Of a DNA stretch of 64,000 nucleotides, positions 27,106 to 36,041 are shown piece after piece (within the stretch, counting starts at the first letter, position 1; each line of letters begins with the position of its first letter). Origin of the DNA: Candidatus Omnitrophota bacterium (lineage in GTDB: Bacteria; Ratteibacteria; UBA8468; MWAK01); assembly GCA_043826355.1 (NCBI GenBank), contig JBDRQI010000004.1, positions 85,961 through 149,960 of the forward strand, read 5' to 3'. The translations under genes were made by a program, and so were the position numbers. A model generated the notes under the pieces. It made no database searches, was not told the origin of the DNA, and worked only from the letters and a program-made list of their open reading frames with translations.

Positions 27106-28130
27106 AAATTTACGGTACGGCGCGACAGGGAAAGCCCATAATCACGCCAGAGGATAATTTTAATCTGCAAATCTGATATCTCCCCATTCTTTTCTTTGAT
27201 AATCTTTCTAATCGCCTTCTTAATTTCTTCCCGCCGCCCCGGGAAAAAATTCTTAAGAAGGGCGGTTGTTCCGTCAGGAAGCCGGAGCGCCCTTTTTTTA
27301 ATCGCACGGTTCAGAAGCGAAGGGGAAATCTCCAATTCCAGGCTTAACTGGCGCTGGGTCAAACTTTTCAGGTCCTCTTGCTGGCCGGACACAAGGAACC
27401 GTTCTTGTTTTTCCAGAAGAGACTGAAGGATAGCGTAAATGATGTTGCGCCGGCTGTTAATCCACTGCAGGCGGGTAATTATTCGGTTCAGGTTTCTCTT
27501 GCGGCCCGAAGGGAGCGAATTTTTGAGTTGCTGAACCCTGGAACCGTCAATCAGGTACCTTCCCCGGCATAAATCAAAGTTCAGGTCCTCAATTATTAAT
27601 CCCGCCTGGTTATGACCGATTGCGGCGATTATCCTCGTTCCTTCGGCATAAGGCGCCACCGGGGAAGGCATACCCGGGGCAAGTCCGGGAGCGGAAAAGT
27701 TATTGACAAAATCAGCAATTTTCTCAATCTCCTCTTTACTTAAGGCGGTTTCGTCTTCTATCTGTTTTACGGTATAGATTCTTTCCGGGACGAGGAAAAA
27801 CCGCGTAAAATTCTCCCGGCCTGTTTTTTTAATCAGGGCGGCCGTTTCTTCGTCCACGGCGTCGGAAATAGCCGGGCGGGTATAAGAAACGTCTCCTTCT
27901 TTATAGCTGACTTTTCGAAAAAAAGCCGGGCTGACACCCGGGAACCGTTTACGCTTTACGCCGCCCCAGACGAGTAATTCGCGGAATAAGGGCTCGTTTT
28001 CCGTCTCTTTGACCGTTCGGGCAAAATCTTCTTCCGAACTTTCCAGGATTTGGGCCATCTTTAACCTGGCTCCTAATTTTACCCTTAAGACCGGTTTGAG
28101 TTCGCGTTTCTGTTTTAAGGTTTGTTGCAT
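27084..28130 (-). CDS. Divergent sigma54 (RpoN)-like factor
   Basis: Region-I-like MQQTLKQKRELKP..LKMAQILE; KQERFL..LKSLTQRQLSLELEISPSLLNR HTH; ISD..I..L..SRRTVNFYR variant RpoN box. Confidence 0.8.
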   Translation of the reverse strand: MQQTLKQKRELKPVLRVKLGARLKMAQILESSEEDFARTVKETENEPLFRELLVWGGVKRKRFPGVSPAFFRKVSYKEGDVSYTRPAISDAVDEETAALIKKTGRENFTRFFLVPERIYTVKQIEDETALSKEEIEKIADFVNNFSAPGLAPGMPSPVAPYAEGTRIIAAIGHNQAGLIIEDLNFDLCRGRYLIDGSRVQQLKNSLPSGRKRNLNRIITRLQWINSRRNIIYAILQSLLEKQERFLVSGQQEDLKSLTQRQLSLELEISPSLLNRAIKKRALRLPDGTTALLKNFFPGRREEIKKAIRKIIKEKNGEISDLQIKIILWRDYGLSLSRRTVNFYRNLIK

Positions 28131-28153
28131 AATAAAATCGGCTACTATTCTTT

Positions 28154-28266
28154 TGTTATTCTGAACGCACTCTGTGTCATTCTGAGCGATAGCGAAGAAT
28201 CTCGTTGTTAAAGATAGACCCTTCACGGAGTTTACCCTCGAGCAACGCGAAGGGTTCAGGATGACA
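28154..28266. repeat. Family A repeat cluster
   Basis: Shares GAACGCACTCTGTGTCATTCTGAG with 3328/12562 and the CGGAGTTTACCCT..GCGAAGGG insert with 3468. Confidence 0.88.
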
Positions 28267-28271
28267 GAGGA

Positions 28272-30524
28272 CTACGCTGATGGCAAATTGCTGAGAAATA
28301 TTTCCACCAGGCGCGGGTCAAAGTTTTTGCCGGCTCCGTCCCTAATTATACGCAACCCTTCTTCAACCGATACGGCCTCTTTGTAACAACGCTTGGAACA
28401 GACCGCATCAAAGACGTCCGCCACTGCGGCAATGCGTCCGTAAAGCGGAATCTCCTCGCCGGCTAAACTGCGGGGATATCCGGAACCATCATAGCGTTCA
28501 TGGTGGCATAAGGCCACGATTTCCGAGGCCTGCAGGATAACCGAGGTTGATTTGGAAAGAATCTGGGCGCCGATGGTGGTGTGGGTTTGGATAATCTTTC
28601 GTTCTTCCGGTGTCAGCGGACCCGGCTTCAGCAGGATGTGGTCCGGAATGCCTATTTTACCGATGTCATGCATCGGTATCGCGTTTCGGATTAAATCCAC
28701 CTCGTAATCCGGCAGGCCTAACCCGAAAGAGATGATGGTGGCATAGTCCCGAATGCGGTTGATATGTTCGCCGGTTTCCCGGTCCCGGTATTCTACCGAC
28801 ATCGCCAGCCGGATAATCGTATCAAGGTGCGCGTCTCTCAAGGCCAGGCCGAGGTTGGCGTTCTGGATAGCCACGATTGTCTGGAGCGACATAATGGTTG
28901 CCAGCTGGATATCTTGCTGGGTGAAGTAGGCGGAAGGGGAGAAGAGAGTGGGTTTTTTGTTTAAAAGGATGATGACCGCGCAAACTTCTTTTCCGGAGAT
29001 TACAGGCAGGGACAGGATATTAGTTATATTCCTGCCCAGGGAACGAATCAAGGGGTTGCGGCTTAAGGATACCCGGTTGCAAAAGAGGGGTTTTTTCCCG
29101 GAAGTTGTCATTTCGGCAATTTTGACCAGCGTTTTTCGGTTTGTCTCTACCGCGCCAAAACTGGTCAGCGGCGTGAGGTCTTTTTCTTTTGATTTGCGCG
29201 TGAACATCGTGGCCGAAGAGGCGCCCATGGAAGAGGAAAAGATGCGTAACGCCATTTGAGGGGTCTGATTCATCAGTCGCAGGTCTTCACTCATCTTCGG
29301 CGATTTCTCTCCGGATTCGGTCAGGGGAGAGAAAGGGCTGATCAGGGCAGTTATTTCGGTCTCCTGCCGGTGCACGGCGGAGAGCGATTGTTTTCTCTGC
29401 TGGATAGCCCGGTGCCGGCCCACGACGAGGGAACTGACGTAGTCGCTAAAAACGAGCGCGGCCAACGGAACAACCTCCAGGATTACATGCTCCTTCCGGA
29501 AAAAGAGGAAAGAACCGCCGATAACCAGGAGCAGAAAAATAAAGGCAACGGTTAAATCAATTGAAATCCGGGTGTTGAAGAGGGAAAAGCCCAGCATCAA
29601 TCCGAAAATGAGCAGGAGAAGAAGAGTCCAGCCCGCGGCCGGACGGACGATGAAGCTCCGGGTGAGGATGGTGTTGATGGCGCTTGTTTCAACCAGGACG
29701 CCGAACTGATAACCGAAAGGCGTGGGCGCCAGGTCCGCGTTCTTTAATCCCTGAATGGTTTGTCCCACCAGGACGATTTTATCGCGAAAGGCATCCGGGG
29801 GATAATTGTGCTTCAGGACCTTGCTGAAGGCGAAAAAATTCGGTGAACCGGCTATCGTTTCCGGACGCAGGTAACTGATATAATACCGCCCTTTATTATC
29901 CAGTGGCAGGGTTCTCAGGGTTTCGGGGATGGTCCGGCCTTTCCGGTATAGGCGGACGGCGCTGATGGCCAGGTGGGGATAGGTTTTACCTTGGTAACTT
30001 ATGTTGGCCGGAACGGTCCGGACAATCTGGTCTTCATCCGCAAGGATGTTGATATGTCCCTGTCCCGCGGAGACGTTCTCCAGGTCCGGAAAGTTACCCT
30101 GAATCCGTTCCACCGGGTAGGTATCATCGTAACTTCTCTCCGCCGGGTTGAGGGCTCCGGGTGAAAAGACCGGCAGGATTACGTTGCCGGCCTCTTTTAC
30201 CGCCCGGATTAAGGCCTCGTCTTCAAGTTTGTCCTGGCGCTGGGGGAAGAAGACGTCAAAGACGATAACCCGGGCGCCGGCCCGGGAAAGGGTGGAAATA
30301 AGGTCAGCATATTGAACCCGGGACGGAGAGTTACCTAACTCTCCTAAACAACCCTGGGTAACACCAACGACGGCGAGCGAATCGGAAAAACGAACTTGTC
30401 GGTGGTTGTGGAAACGAAGGTCAAGGGTGATTAATTCCAACCGTTCCCAGAAACCGGAGAGGAAGAGAATCCCGATGACAACGGACAGAACTGTGGAGAT
30501 TAAAATTGCAGGCAGTCGGCGCAT
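28272..30524 (-). CDS. CHASE2-TM-GAF-HD-GYP phosphodiesterase
   Basis: LELITLDLRF, GARVIVFDVFF, GHINILADEDQIVR, KIVLVG; HDIGKIGIPD, HHERYDGSGYP. Confidence 0.9.
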   Translation of the reverse strand: MRRLPAILISTVLSVVIGILFLSGFWERLELITLDLRFHNHRQVRFSDSLAVVGVTQGCLGELGNSPSRVQYADLISTLSRAGARVIVFDVFFPQRQDKLEDEALIRAVKEAGNVILPVFSPGALNPAERSYDDTYPVERIQGNFPDLENVSAGQGHINILADEDQIVRTVPANISYQGKTYPHLAISAVRLYRKGRTIPETLRTLPLDNKGRYYISYLRPETIAGSPNFFAFSKVLKHNYPPDAFRDKIVLVGQTIQGLKNADLAPTPFGYQFGVLVETSAINTILTRSFIVRPAAGWTLLLLLIFGLMLGFSLFNTRISIDLTVAFIFLLLVIGGSFLFFRKEHVILEVVPLAALVFSDYVSSLVVGRHRAIQQRKQSLSAVHRQETEITALISPFSPLTESGEKSPKMSEDLRLMNQTPQMALRIFSSSMGASSATMFTRKSKEKDLTPLTSFGAVETNRKTLVKIAEMTTSGKKPLFCNRVSLSRNPLIRSLGRNITNILSLPVISGKEVCAVIILLNKKPTLFSPSAYFTQQDIQLATIMSLQTIVAIQNANLGLALRDAHLDTIIRLAMSVEYRDRETGEHINRIRDYATIISFGLGLPDYEVDLIRNAIPMHDIGKIGIPDHILLKPGPLTPEERKIIQTHTTIGAQILSKSTSVILQASEIVALCHHERYDGSGYPRSLAGEEIPLYGRIAAVADVFDAVCSKRCYKEAVSVEEGLRIIRDGAGKNFDPRLVEIFLSNLPSA

Positions 30525-30552
30525 CCAGAAGTTATTACCGCAAACAGTCTAT

Positions 30553-31566
30553 TTAGAGATGAGTCCACCACCACTTAAGCCATTTCCAAAAATCAGTGGA
30601 AGAGTTATAGGGATTGGTGGTGTTGGGAAGTGTGGTCGCGGCGACAGGTTTTTTTTTGATATAGTTTTTTACCGTAATTGGTCCATCTGTTGCGTCAATG
30701 GTAAACTGCGTCTTTGCAGTGACCGGTTTGAAAGCAGTCGTCCCTTCGGATTTCTCCCCGTTGTTTTGCACTTCAGCCAGGACTTTTCCTTCGGCGCAGT
30801 TTATTTCAGTACTGCAGAGCGCTAAGTTTGAAGATGCAGAATAAATCCACTGGACCGTTACCGTAAATTTGGTGCCGGCAACCCCGGTAATAAGGGAAGG
30901 GGTGAGAACATCAAATTGAGAGGGAAAACCGACCGGGTGGGTTACCGTCAGATCGCCGGTAGCCCCCTCCGGAATGCTGATGGCGCTGTAGATTTGTTTA
31001 TTCTGGTCCACGGTGGAGAGCATTATTCTGACCGGGAGAGTGCCGTTGATGACAACCCTGGTTCCATCTTCAAAAAGGAGTTCGCCGCCAATGACAGGTT
31101 CTCCTTGGTTTATCGGCGAACCATTCCACAGGATTTTACATGCGCGGGCGATATTAAACTGCGGCCATCCAAATAAGGCGATGGTTTTATCGGCGTGCCT
31201 CGGGCAGCCCAGGAAGAGTTTCTGGGAATTGGTGAGCGCCCGGGGTAAATAAAACGGGCCATAGCTATCAGGGTCAGTCGTGCGGTCTGCCGGACATTTA
31301 AAGACTCCGGCGGTTGTGATATAACCCGAATTTTGGAGGAGCGGATAAATTTGGTTCGGCGTCGCCTTGTAATCGGAATGATACATCTGGATTGCCGCGG
31401 CAATCTGTTTCAGGTTGCTTAAACAGAGCACGCTTTTGGCGGACGTTTTTACTCTCAGCAGGACGGTAGTGACCAATCCGGCTAAGACCACGATAATTCC
31501 GAAAATGACCAGTATTTCGGTCAGGGTAAATCCCGACTTTCCGCTTTCCCGTTTTCTGATAACCAT
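30553..31566 (-). CDS. Prepilin-type protein with C-terminal FecR-like domain
   Basis: SG|FTLTE, CLSNLKQIAAAIQMY, FKCPAD; C-terminal FEDGTRVVI..VLTPSLITGVAGTKFTV..EGKV. Confidence 0.75.
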   Translation of the reverse strand: MVIRKRESGKSGFTLTEILVIFGIIVVLAGLVTTVLLRVKTSAKSVLCLSNLKQIAAAIQMYHSDYKATPNQIYPLLQNSGYITTAGVFKCPADRTTDPDSYGPFYLPRALTNSQKLFLGCPRHADKTIALFGWPQFNIARACKILWNGSPINQGEPVIGGELLFEDGTRVVINGTLPVRIMLSTVDQNKQIYSAISIPEGATGDLTVTHPVGFPSQFDVLTPSLITGVAGTKFTVTVQWIYSASSNLALCSTEINCAEGKVLAEVQNNGEKSEGTTAFKPVTAKTQFTIDATDGPITVKNYIKKKPVAATTLPNTTNPYNSSTDFWKWLKWWWTHL

Positions 31567-31595
31567 ATTACCCCCCGATACCTCAGTATGACAGC

Positions 31596-31622
31596 GTAGG
31601 ACAGGCGTCCCGCCTGTCCTAC
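31596..31622. repeat. GTAG-type palindrome GTAGGACAGGCGTCCCGCCTGTCCTAC
   Basis: Near-perfect palindrome; relatives at 17952, about 38919-38941 and 53509. Confidence 0.8.
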
Positions 31623-31677
31623 GCTGTCATATATTGGTTCAATCCTGTTTATTATTTGTTTTTCCATACTATTAATA

Positions 31678-31706
31678 CTTATACCCTAAATTTTTTATAT
31701 TGTCAA
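31678..31706 (-). promoter_or_regulatory. sigma70 promoter for the pilin-FecR/CHASE2 unit
   Basis: TTGACA-N17-TATAAG on the minus strand. Confidence 0.65.
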
Positions 31707-31726
31707 TACGCCATTCCGGTTTCATT

Positions 31727-32227
31727 TCAATCCTGGAAATCGGAATAACCGGAATGCCAGGTGATGTCGGTGTTAAGACCGGTTCCCCCGGGCAGTTTAT
31801 CCGCGCCATAGCTCTTAATGGTGTAGGTTTTTTCATCGGGGGCTAATTCCAGTTCGTAAGAATTGTCCCAGGGGTCCGTAAAATTGCTTTTCAGGTAAGG
31901 TCCTCTCCAGGTTTTACTGTATTTTACCGCCGGCGCAATTAGTGAATTAAGGTATTGCAGGTCATCAACGTAATAGCCGGTATCGTATTTTTCCATCTCC
32001 ATGGCCATTGAGATTTGAATTATTTCCGTCTTTACCTGGGCGATATTGGCCCACGTTTCAACCCGGGAAATCATCACAACTGATGTGGTGGCCAGCAGCA
32101 GAATGATGATGCTTGCCACCAGTAATTCCAGCGCGGTAAAGCCGCGTTGTGAGTTCAACGTTTTAGGATTGGATTCCCGCCCGATACATGCGGGAATGAC
32201 AGCGTGTTTATTGTTTAGTTGGGCCAT
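31727..32227 (-). CDS. GspG-like pseudopilin
   Basis: RG|FTALE, WRGPYL, DPWDNSY, SYGADKLPGGTGLNTDI. Confidence 0.88.
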   Translation of the reverse strand: MAQLNNKHAVIPACIGRESNPKTLNSQRGFTALELLVASIIILLLATTSVVMISRVETWANIAQVKTEIIQISMAMEMEKYDTGYYVDDLQYLNSLIAPAVKYSKTWRGPYLKSNFTDPWDNSYELELAPDEKTYTIKSYGADKLPGGTGLNTDITWHSGYSDFQD

Positions 32228-32834
32228 TGTTATCCGAAACAGGTTTGGAAAGGGCAGGGTCTATTAAAGTTAGCGCCGCATTCAGCGCTTCACGGCTGGC
32301 AAATAATTTCTGCTTGTTCGCTTCATCCGTAACTTCAAACCGGCTCAGGAGTTCGGATGCTTCTTTAATCTGAGCCGCCAGCTGAAGATAACGGTCTTTT
32401 TCAAAAGAAAGCAGCAGGTTGAAATCCTTGATAATATCTTTTAAAAAATCATGATTTCTAACCTGGATGTTTTCCGGCCATAAACCCCGGGTTATTTCGG
32501 CCATCGTTTTGCGGAGACGGTAGGCGGGTCCGGCGATACGGTGCGACAGGAATATCTGAAGCCACGCCATTATAAGGAGCAGAACTAATCCCGGAATGGC
32601 CAGCGTCCAGAATAAACGTGAATTTACATTATGAAGTATTTGCGGTAATTGGGTTTCCCGGGAAATCTGGTCTAAGATCAGGGACCAGATTGTATAATAG
32701 GTGACCAGCCAGGCGATTATCATGCCGACGCCAATCGCCCAGACAATGAATCCGGAATAAGCCATTTGCAGGGGGCGGTTGACCAGGTACCGCCTTCGTA
32801 ACAACGGCGGTTTTTTAAAATCTTTAGTTTTCAT
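32208..32834 (-). CDS. Two-TM HAMP-like membrane protein
   Basis: RRRYLV..Q, SHRIAGPAYRL, RNHD..FN motifs; AGGAGG RBS. Confidence 0.75.
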   Translation of the reverse strand: MKTKDFKKPPLLRRRYLVNRPLQMAYSGFIVWAIGVGMIIAWLVTYYTIWSLILDQISRETQLPQILHNVNSRLFWTLAIPGLVLLLIMAWLQIFLSHRIAGPAYRLRKTMAEITRGLWPENIQVRNHDFLKDIIKDFNLLLSFEKDRYLQLAAQIKEASELLSRFEVTDEANKQKLFASREALNAALTLIDPALSKPVSDNNGPTKQ

Positions 32835-32900
32835 GATGCCTCCTTTTTCCTGCAACGACAATTTAAGGTTATATCAATAATATATCAGACTTGTAATTCT

Positions 32901-34166
32901 TCAAGTGAGTGCTGGTTCATTAAAGAGGCAGATTCTATTTTTTCCTTTGGATTTTGCCTGGAACAAAGCCTGGTCCGTTTTTTCCGCAAGGCGGTCCGGG
33001 TCCGGGGCATTGTCCGGAAAAGAAGCGATTCCGATCGACAGGGTTAGTTTGGTGAAGCCGTTTCGGGTCGGGAAGGAATAATTGCTTACGGCATCTTTAA
33101 CCCGCTGGGCGACATTTTTTGCGTTTCCGGCATCTGTTTGAGATAGGAGATAGATAAACTCGTCGCCGCCGTAACGGGCGACGACATCTATTTTACGCAG
33201 GGCGTTTTTGACGAGTTCGCCGATTTTTTGCAGGGCGTCATCTCCCAGATGGTGTCCGTTGCTGTCCACGTAATTTTTAAAATTGTCAATATCGGAAAGC
33301 ATTAGCGAAAAAGGAAACGAGAACCTTTTTGCCCGGTTGAACTCTTCCTCAAGCCGACGATAAAAGAACCGGCGGTTATAAAGTTTCGTAAGCGGGTCGG
33401 TGAGGGAAAATTCCTCCATTTTCTGGTGCAGAATGCTGTTTTCCAGCGAGGCAGCCATCTGGCGGCAGAGGATTTCCATGGTTTCGTTTTTTTCTTTCGG
33501 GATTTCCGCATCCAGAACCAGGAAGCCCAAAAATCTTTTTTCGGTCAGCAGGTTTATTATTTGAAGGTTTTGCCAGGTGGACGCTTCGCTATTTTCGACG
33601 TTTCGAAAAGTTTGTTTGTTCAGGCTTAAGAGAAGCGCTTTGTCTATCTGATCAAAAAACCGTTCTTCTTTCAAATGTCCGCTGATTATTTCCGCTGCCT
33701 TTTTGTTGGTATGATAGGTAACCGCGACCTCCTGTTTTTCGTTGTCCGGATAGAGCAGTATAAACCCCCTTTTTATCGGTAAAAGGCAAATCAGCCCGGC
33801 GAAACCGCCCCGGATTATTCTTTTTGAATTCAAAGACTTGGAAATTTTCTGGCTGGTCATTAGCAGGAGACTCAGGTTGCTGTTGCGCTCTTCCAATTCC
33901 TTTTTTAACAGAAGGTTTTTTTTAGCTTCATATTCCACAACCAGGAAGAAGAGGTAAAGAAAAAACGCCACCAATGCCAGGAAAGGGAAGAACTGTTTGA
34001 GCAGAAAAAAAATTGTTTCGTTGGGGAAGAACCACGCAATCAGCATGATAATGAATATTTCAATGCAAATTACGATTAAATATCTGGCAAAACGGTAGTA
34101 TAATGGAAGGAGGTGGGGGGTTGACCGTATTCTTCTTTTTAACAATAAAACCGGCGTTTTTTTCAT
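32901..34166 (-). CDS. Membrane diguanylate cyclase (TM, GAF-like, GGDEF)
   Basis: TDPLTKLYNRR, DIDNFK, RKID I-site, RYGGDEF. Confidence 0.93.
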   Translation of the reverse strand: MKKTPVLLLKRRIRSTPHLLPLYYRFARYLIVICIEIFIIMLIAWFFPNETIFFLLKQFFPFLALVAFFLYLFFLVVEYEAKKNLLLKKELEERNSNLSLLLMTSQKISKSLNSKRIIRGGFAGLICLLPIKRGFILLYPDNEKQEVAVTYHTNKKAAEIISGHLKEERFFDQIDKALLLSLNKQTFRNVENSEASTWQNLQIINLLTEKRFLGFLVLDAEIPKEKNETMEILCRQMAASLENSILHQKMEEFSLTDPLTKLYNRRFFYRRLEEEFNRAKRFSFPFSLMLSDIDNFKNYVDSNGHHLGDDALQKIGELVKNALRKIDVVARYGGDEFIYLLSQTDAGNAKNVAQRVKDAVSNYSFPTRNGFTKLTLSIGIASFPDNAPDPDRLAEKTDQALFQAKSKGKNRICLFNEPALT

Positions 34167-34178
34167 TTTTGCAATCCC

Positions 34179-35837
34179 TTATTTTACCACGGCGCCCTGA
34201 GCCGCGGAACTGACCGCCCGGCTGTAACGATAAAGATAACCCTCCCTGACTTTTGGTTCCCTGGGCTTCCAGGATTTCCTCCGTTTTTCCAGTTCCGTGT
34301 CGGAAACGTTGAGATTCAGCCGTCTTTGAGGGAGGTCGATTTCAATTATATCATTGTCAATTACCAGCGTGCAAGGGCCGCCGGCCGCCGCTTCCGGTGA
34401 AACGTGGCCGATAGCCAAGCCGCGGGTTCCGCCGGAAAACCTTCCGTCGGTAAGAAGCGCTATTTTGTCATCTCTTCCGGCACCGACCAGGGCGCTGGTT
34501 ACCGAAAGCATTTCCCGCATTCCCGGACCGCCTTTTGGGCCTTCGTAACGGATAACTATAACACTCCCGTCTTTGATTTGATTTTTCAAAACCGCATCCA
34601 ACGCTTCTTCTTCGTCGTTAAAGACCCGGGCCGGCCCGGTGTGCGTAAGATGGGTTTCGTTAACCGCAGACTGTTTTACAACCGCTCCTTCCGGCGCCAG
34701 GTTTCCGAAAAGGATGGCGATGCCGCCTTCGCGGCGGTAAGGATTTTCAATTGGCCGGATGACTTCCGGGTCAGCGACTTTTGAACGGGCGGCAATTTCT
34801 CCGATTGTTTTTCCGGTAACGGTCATCGCCGTGAGGTCAAGAAGGTTCGTTTTTGCCAATTCCGAAAGGACCGCCGGTATCCCGCCGGCCTGGTCCAAGT
34901 TTTCCATCCGGTGCGCGCCGGACGGTGAGATATGACAGAGATTGGGGGTTTTTTTGCTGATTTGGTCAAATTCGGTGAGGGAAAGGTTAATGCCGGCTTC
35001 GGCGGCAATTGCGGGAAGATGTAAAACGGTATTGGTTGATGCGCCCAAAGCCATATCCAGGACGATGGCGTTGGTGAAAGCAACCGAATTGGCAATTTCC
35101 CTGGGTTTTTTGTTTCCCCGCACCAGTTCCATCACCTTTATTCCGGCTTCTTTTGCCAGGCGAATCCGGCGGCTGTCAACCGCGGGAATGGTGCCGTTGC
35201 CGGGTAAACCCAGGCCAAGTCCTTCGGTCAAACAGTTCATGGAGTTGGCCGTAAACATACCGGCGCAGGAACCGCAACCCGGGCAGGCGACTTCTTCCAG
35301 GGCTTTAAGCTCCCCGTCGGTTATTTTTTCAATGCTTCGCTGGCCTACCGCTTCAAAGACGGAAATTAAATCAACCTTTTTGCCCCGGAAGGTTCCGGCC
35401 AGCATCGGTCCGCCGCTGACCACGAGACCCGGGATGTTCACCCGCAGCAGAGCCATTAACATGCCCGGGATTATTTTGTCGCAGTTGGGAACCAGGACCA
35501 GTCCGTCAAAGGGGTAGGCCCGGGCCATAATTTCTACACTGTCGGCAATAATTTCCCGGGAAGCAAGGGAATATTTCATGCCCGCGTGACCCATGGCGAT
35601 GCCGTCGCAGACACCGATGGTCCGGAACTCAAAAGGGGTGCCGCCGGCCAGATATATTCCGCTTTTAACCGCCGCGGTGATCAGGTCCAGGTGCTGGTGG
35701 CCCGGCACCAGTTCATTTCCGGAATTGGCGACGCCGATTAACGGACGGCTTAGTTCCTCTTCGGTATAGCCAAGTGCTTTAAAAAGCGAACGGTGAGGTG
35801 CAAAACGATAGTCATCTTTCAGGATATCACTGCGCAT
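34179..35837 (-). CDS. ilvD: Dihydroxy-acid dehydratase
   Basis: [51 protein letters not shown]. Confidence 0.97.
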   Translation of the reverse strand: MRSDILKDDYRFAPHRSLFKALGYTEEELSRPLIGVANSGNELVPGHQHLDLITAAVKSGIYLAGGTPFEFRTIGVCDGIAMGHAGMKYSLASREIIADSVEIMARAYPFDGLVLVPNCDKIIPGMLMALLRVNIPGLVVSGGPMLAGTFRGKKVDLISVFEAVGQRSIEKITDGELKALEEVACPGCGSCAGMFTANSMNCLTEGLGLGLPGNGTIPAVDSRRIRLAKEAGIKVMELVRGNKKPREIANSVAFTNAIVLDMALGASTNTVLHLPAIAAEAGINLSLTEFDQISKKTPNLCHISPSGAHRMENLDQAGGIPAVLSELAKTNLLDLTAMTVTGKTIGEIAARSKVADPEVIRPIENPYRREGGIAILFGNLAPEGAVVKQSAVNETHLTHTGPARVFNDEEEALDAVLKNQIKDGSVIVIRYEGPKGGPGMREMLSVTSALVGAGRDDKIALLTDGRFSGGTRGLAIGHVSPEAAAGGPCTLVIDNDIIEIDLPQRRLNLNVSDTELEKRRKSWKPREPKVREGYLYRYSRAVSSAAQGAVVK

Positions 35838-35859
35838 AATATCTCCTCTTTTTTAACGT

Positions 35860-36036
35860 TGTCATCCCCGTATGTGGCCGGTCAGGTCGGCCAGACTTCG
35901 TCCAGACGAGCCCAGGCTTCGCCGAGGCGAGCTTCGCCTCGTCAGAGTGCGCCGAAGTCTCAGGCGTCGCCCAGGCGAGTAAACGGGGATCCAAACCGAA
36001 AATAAATGGATTCCCGCTTAATACACGCGGGAATGA
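35860..36036. repeat. Family C doublet with a GC-rich nested insert
   Basis: TGTCATCCCCGT-[about 105 bp]-AAACGGGGATCC..GGATTCCCGC..GCGGGAATGA. Confidence 0.75.
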
Positions 36037-36041
36037 ATCAA

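Noticed and set aside
28131..28226. N-terminal extensions in the ORF track for the sigma54-like gene (also FadL 17823-17900 and pilin 10649-10702)
   Set aside because: They translate intergenic repeat DNA; downstream starts fit better
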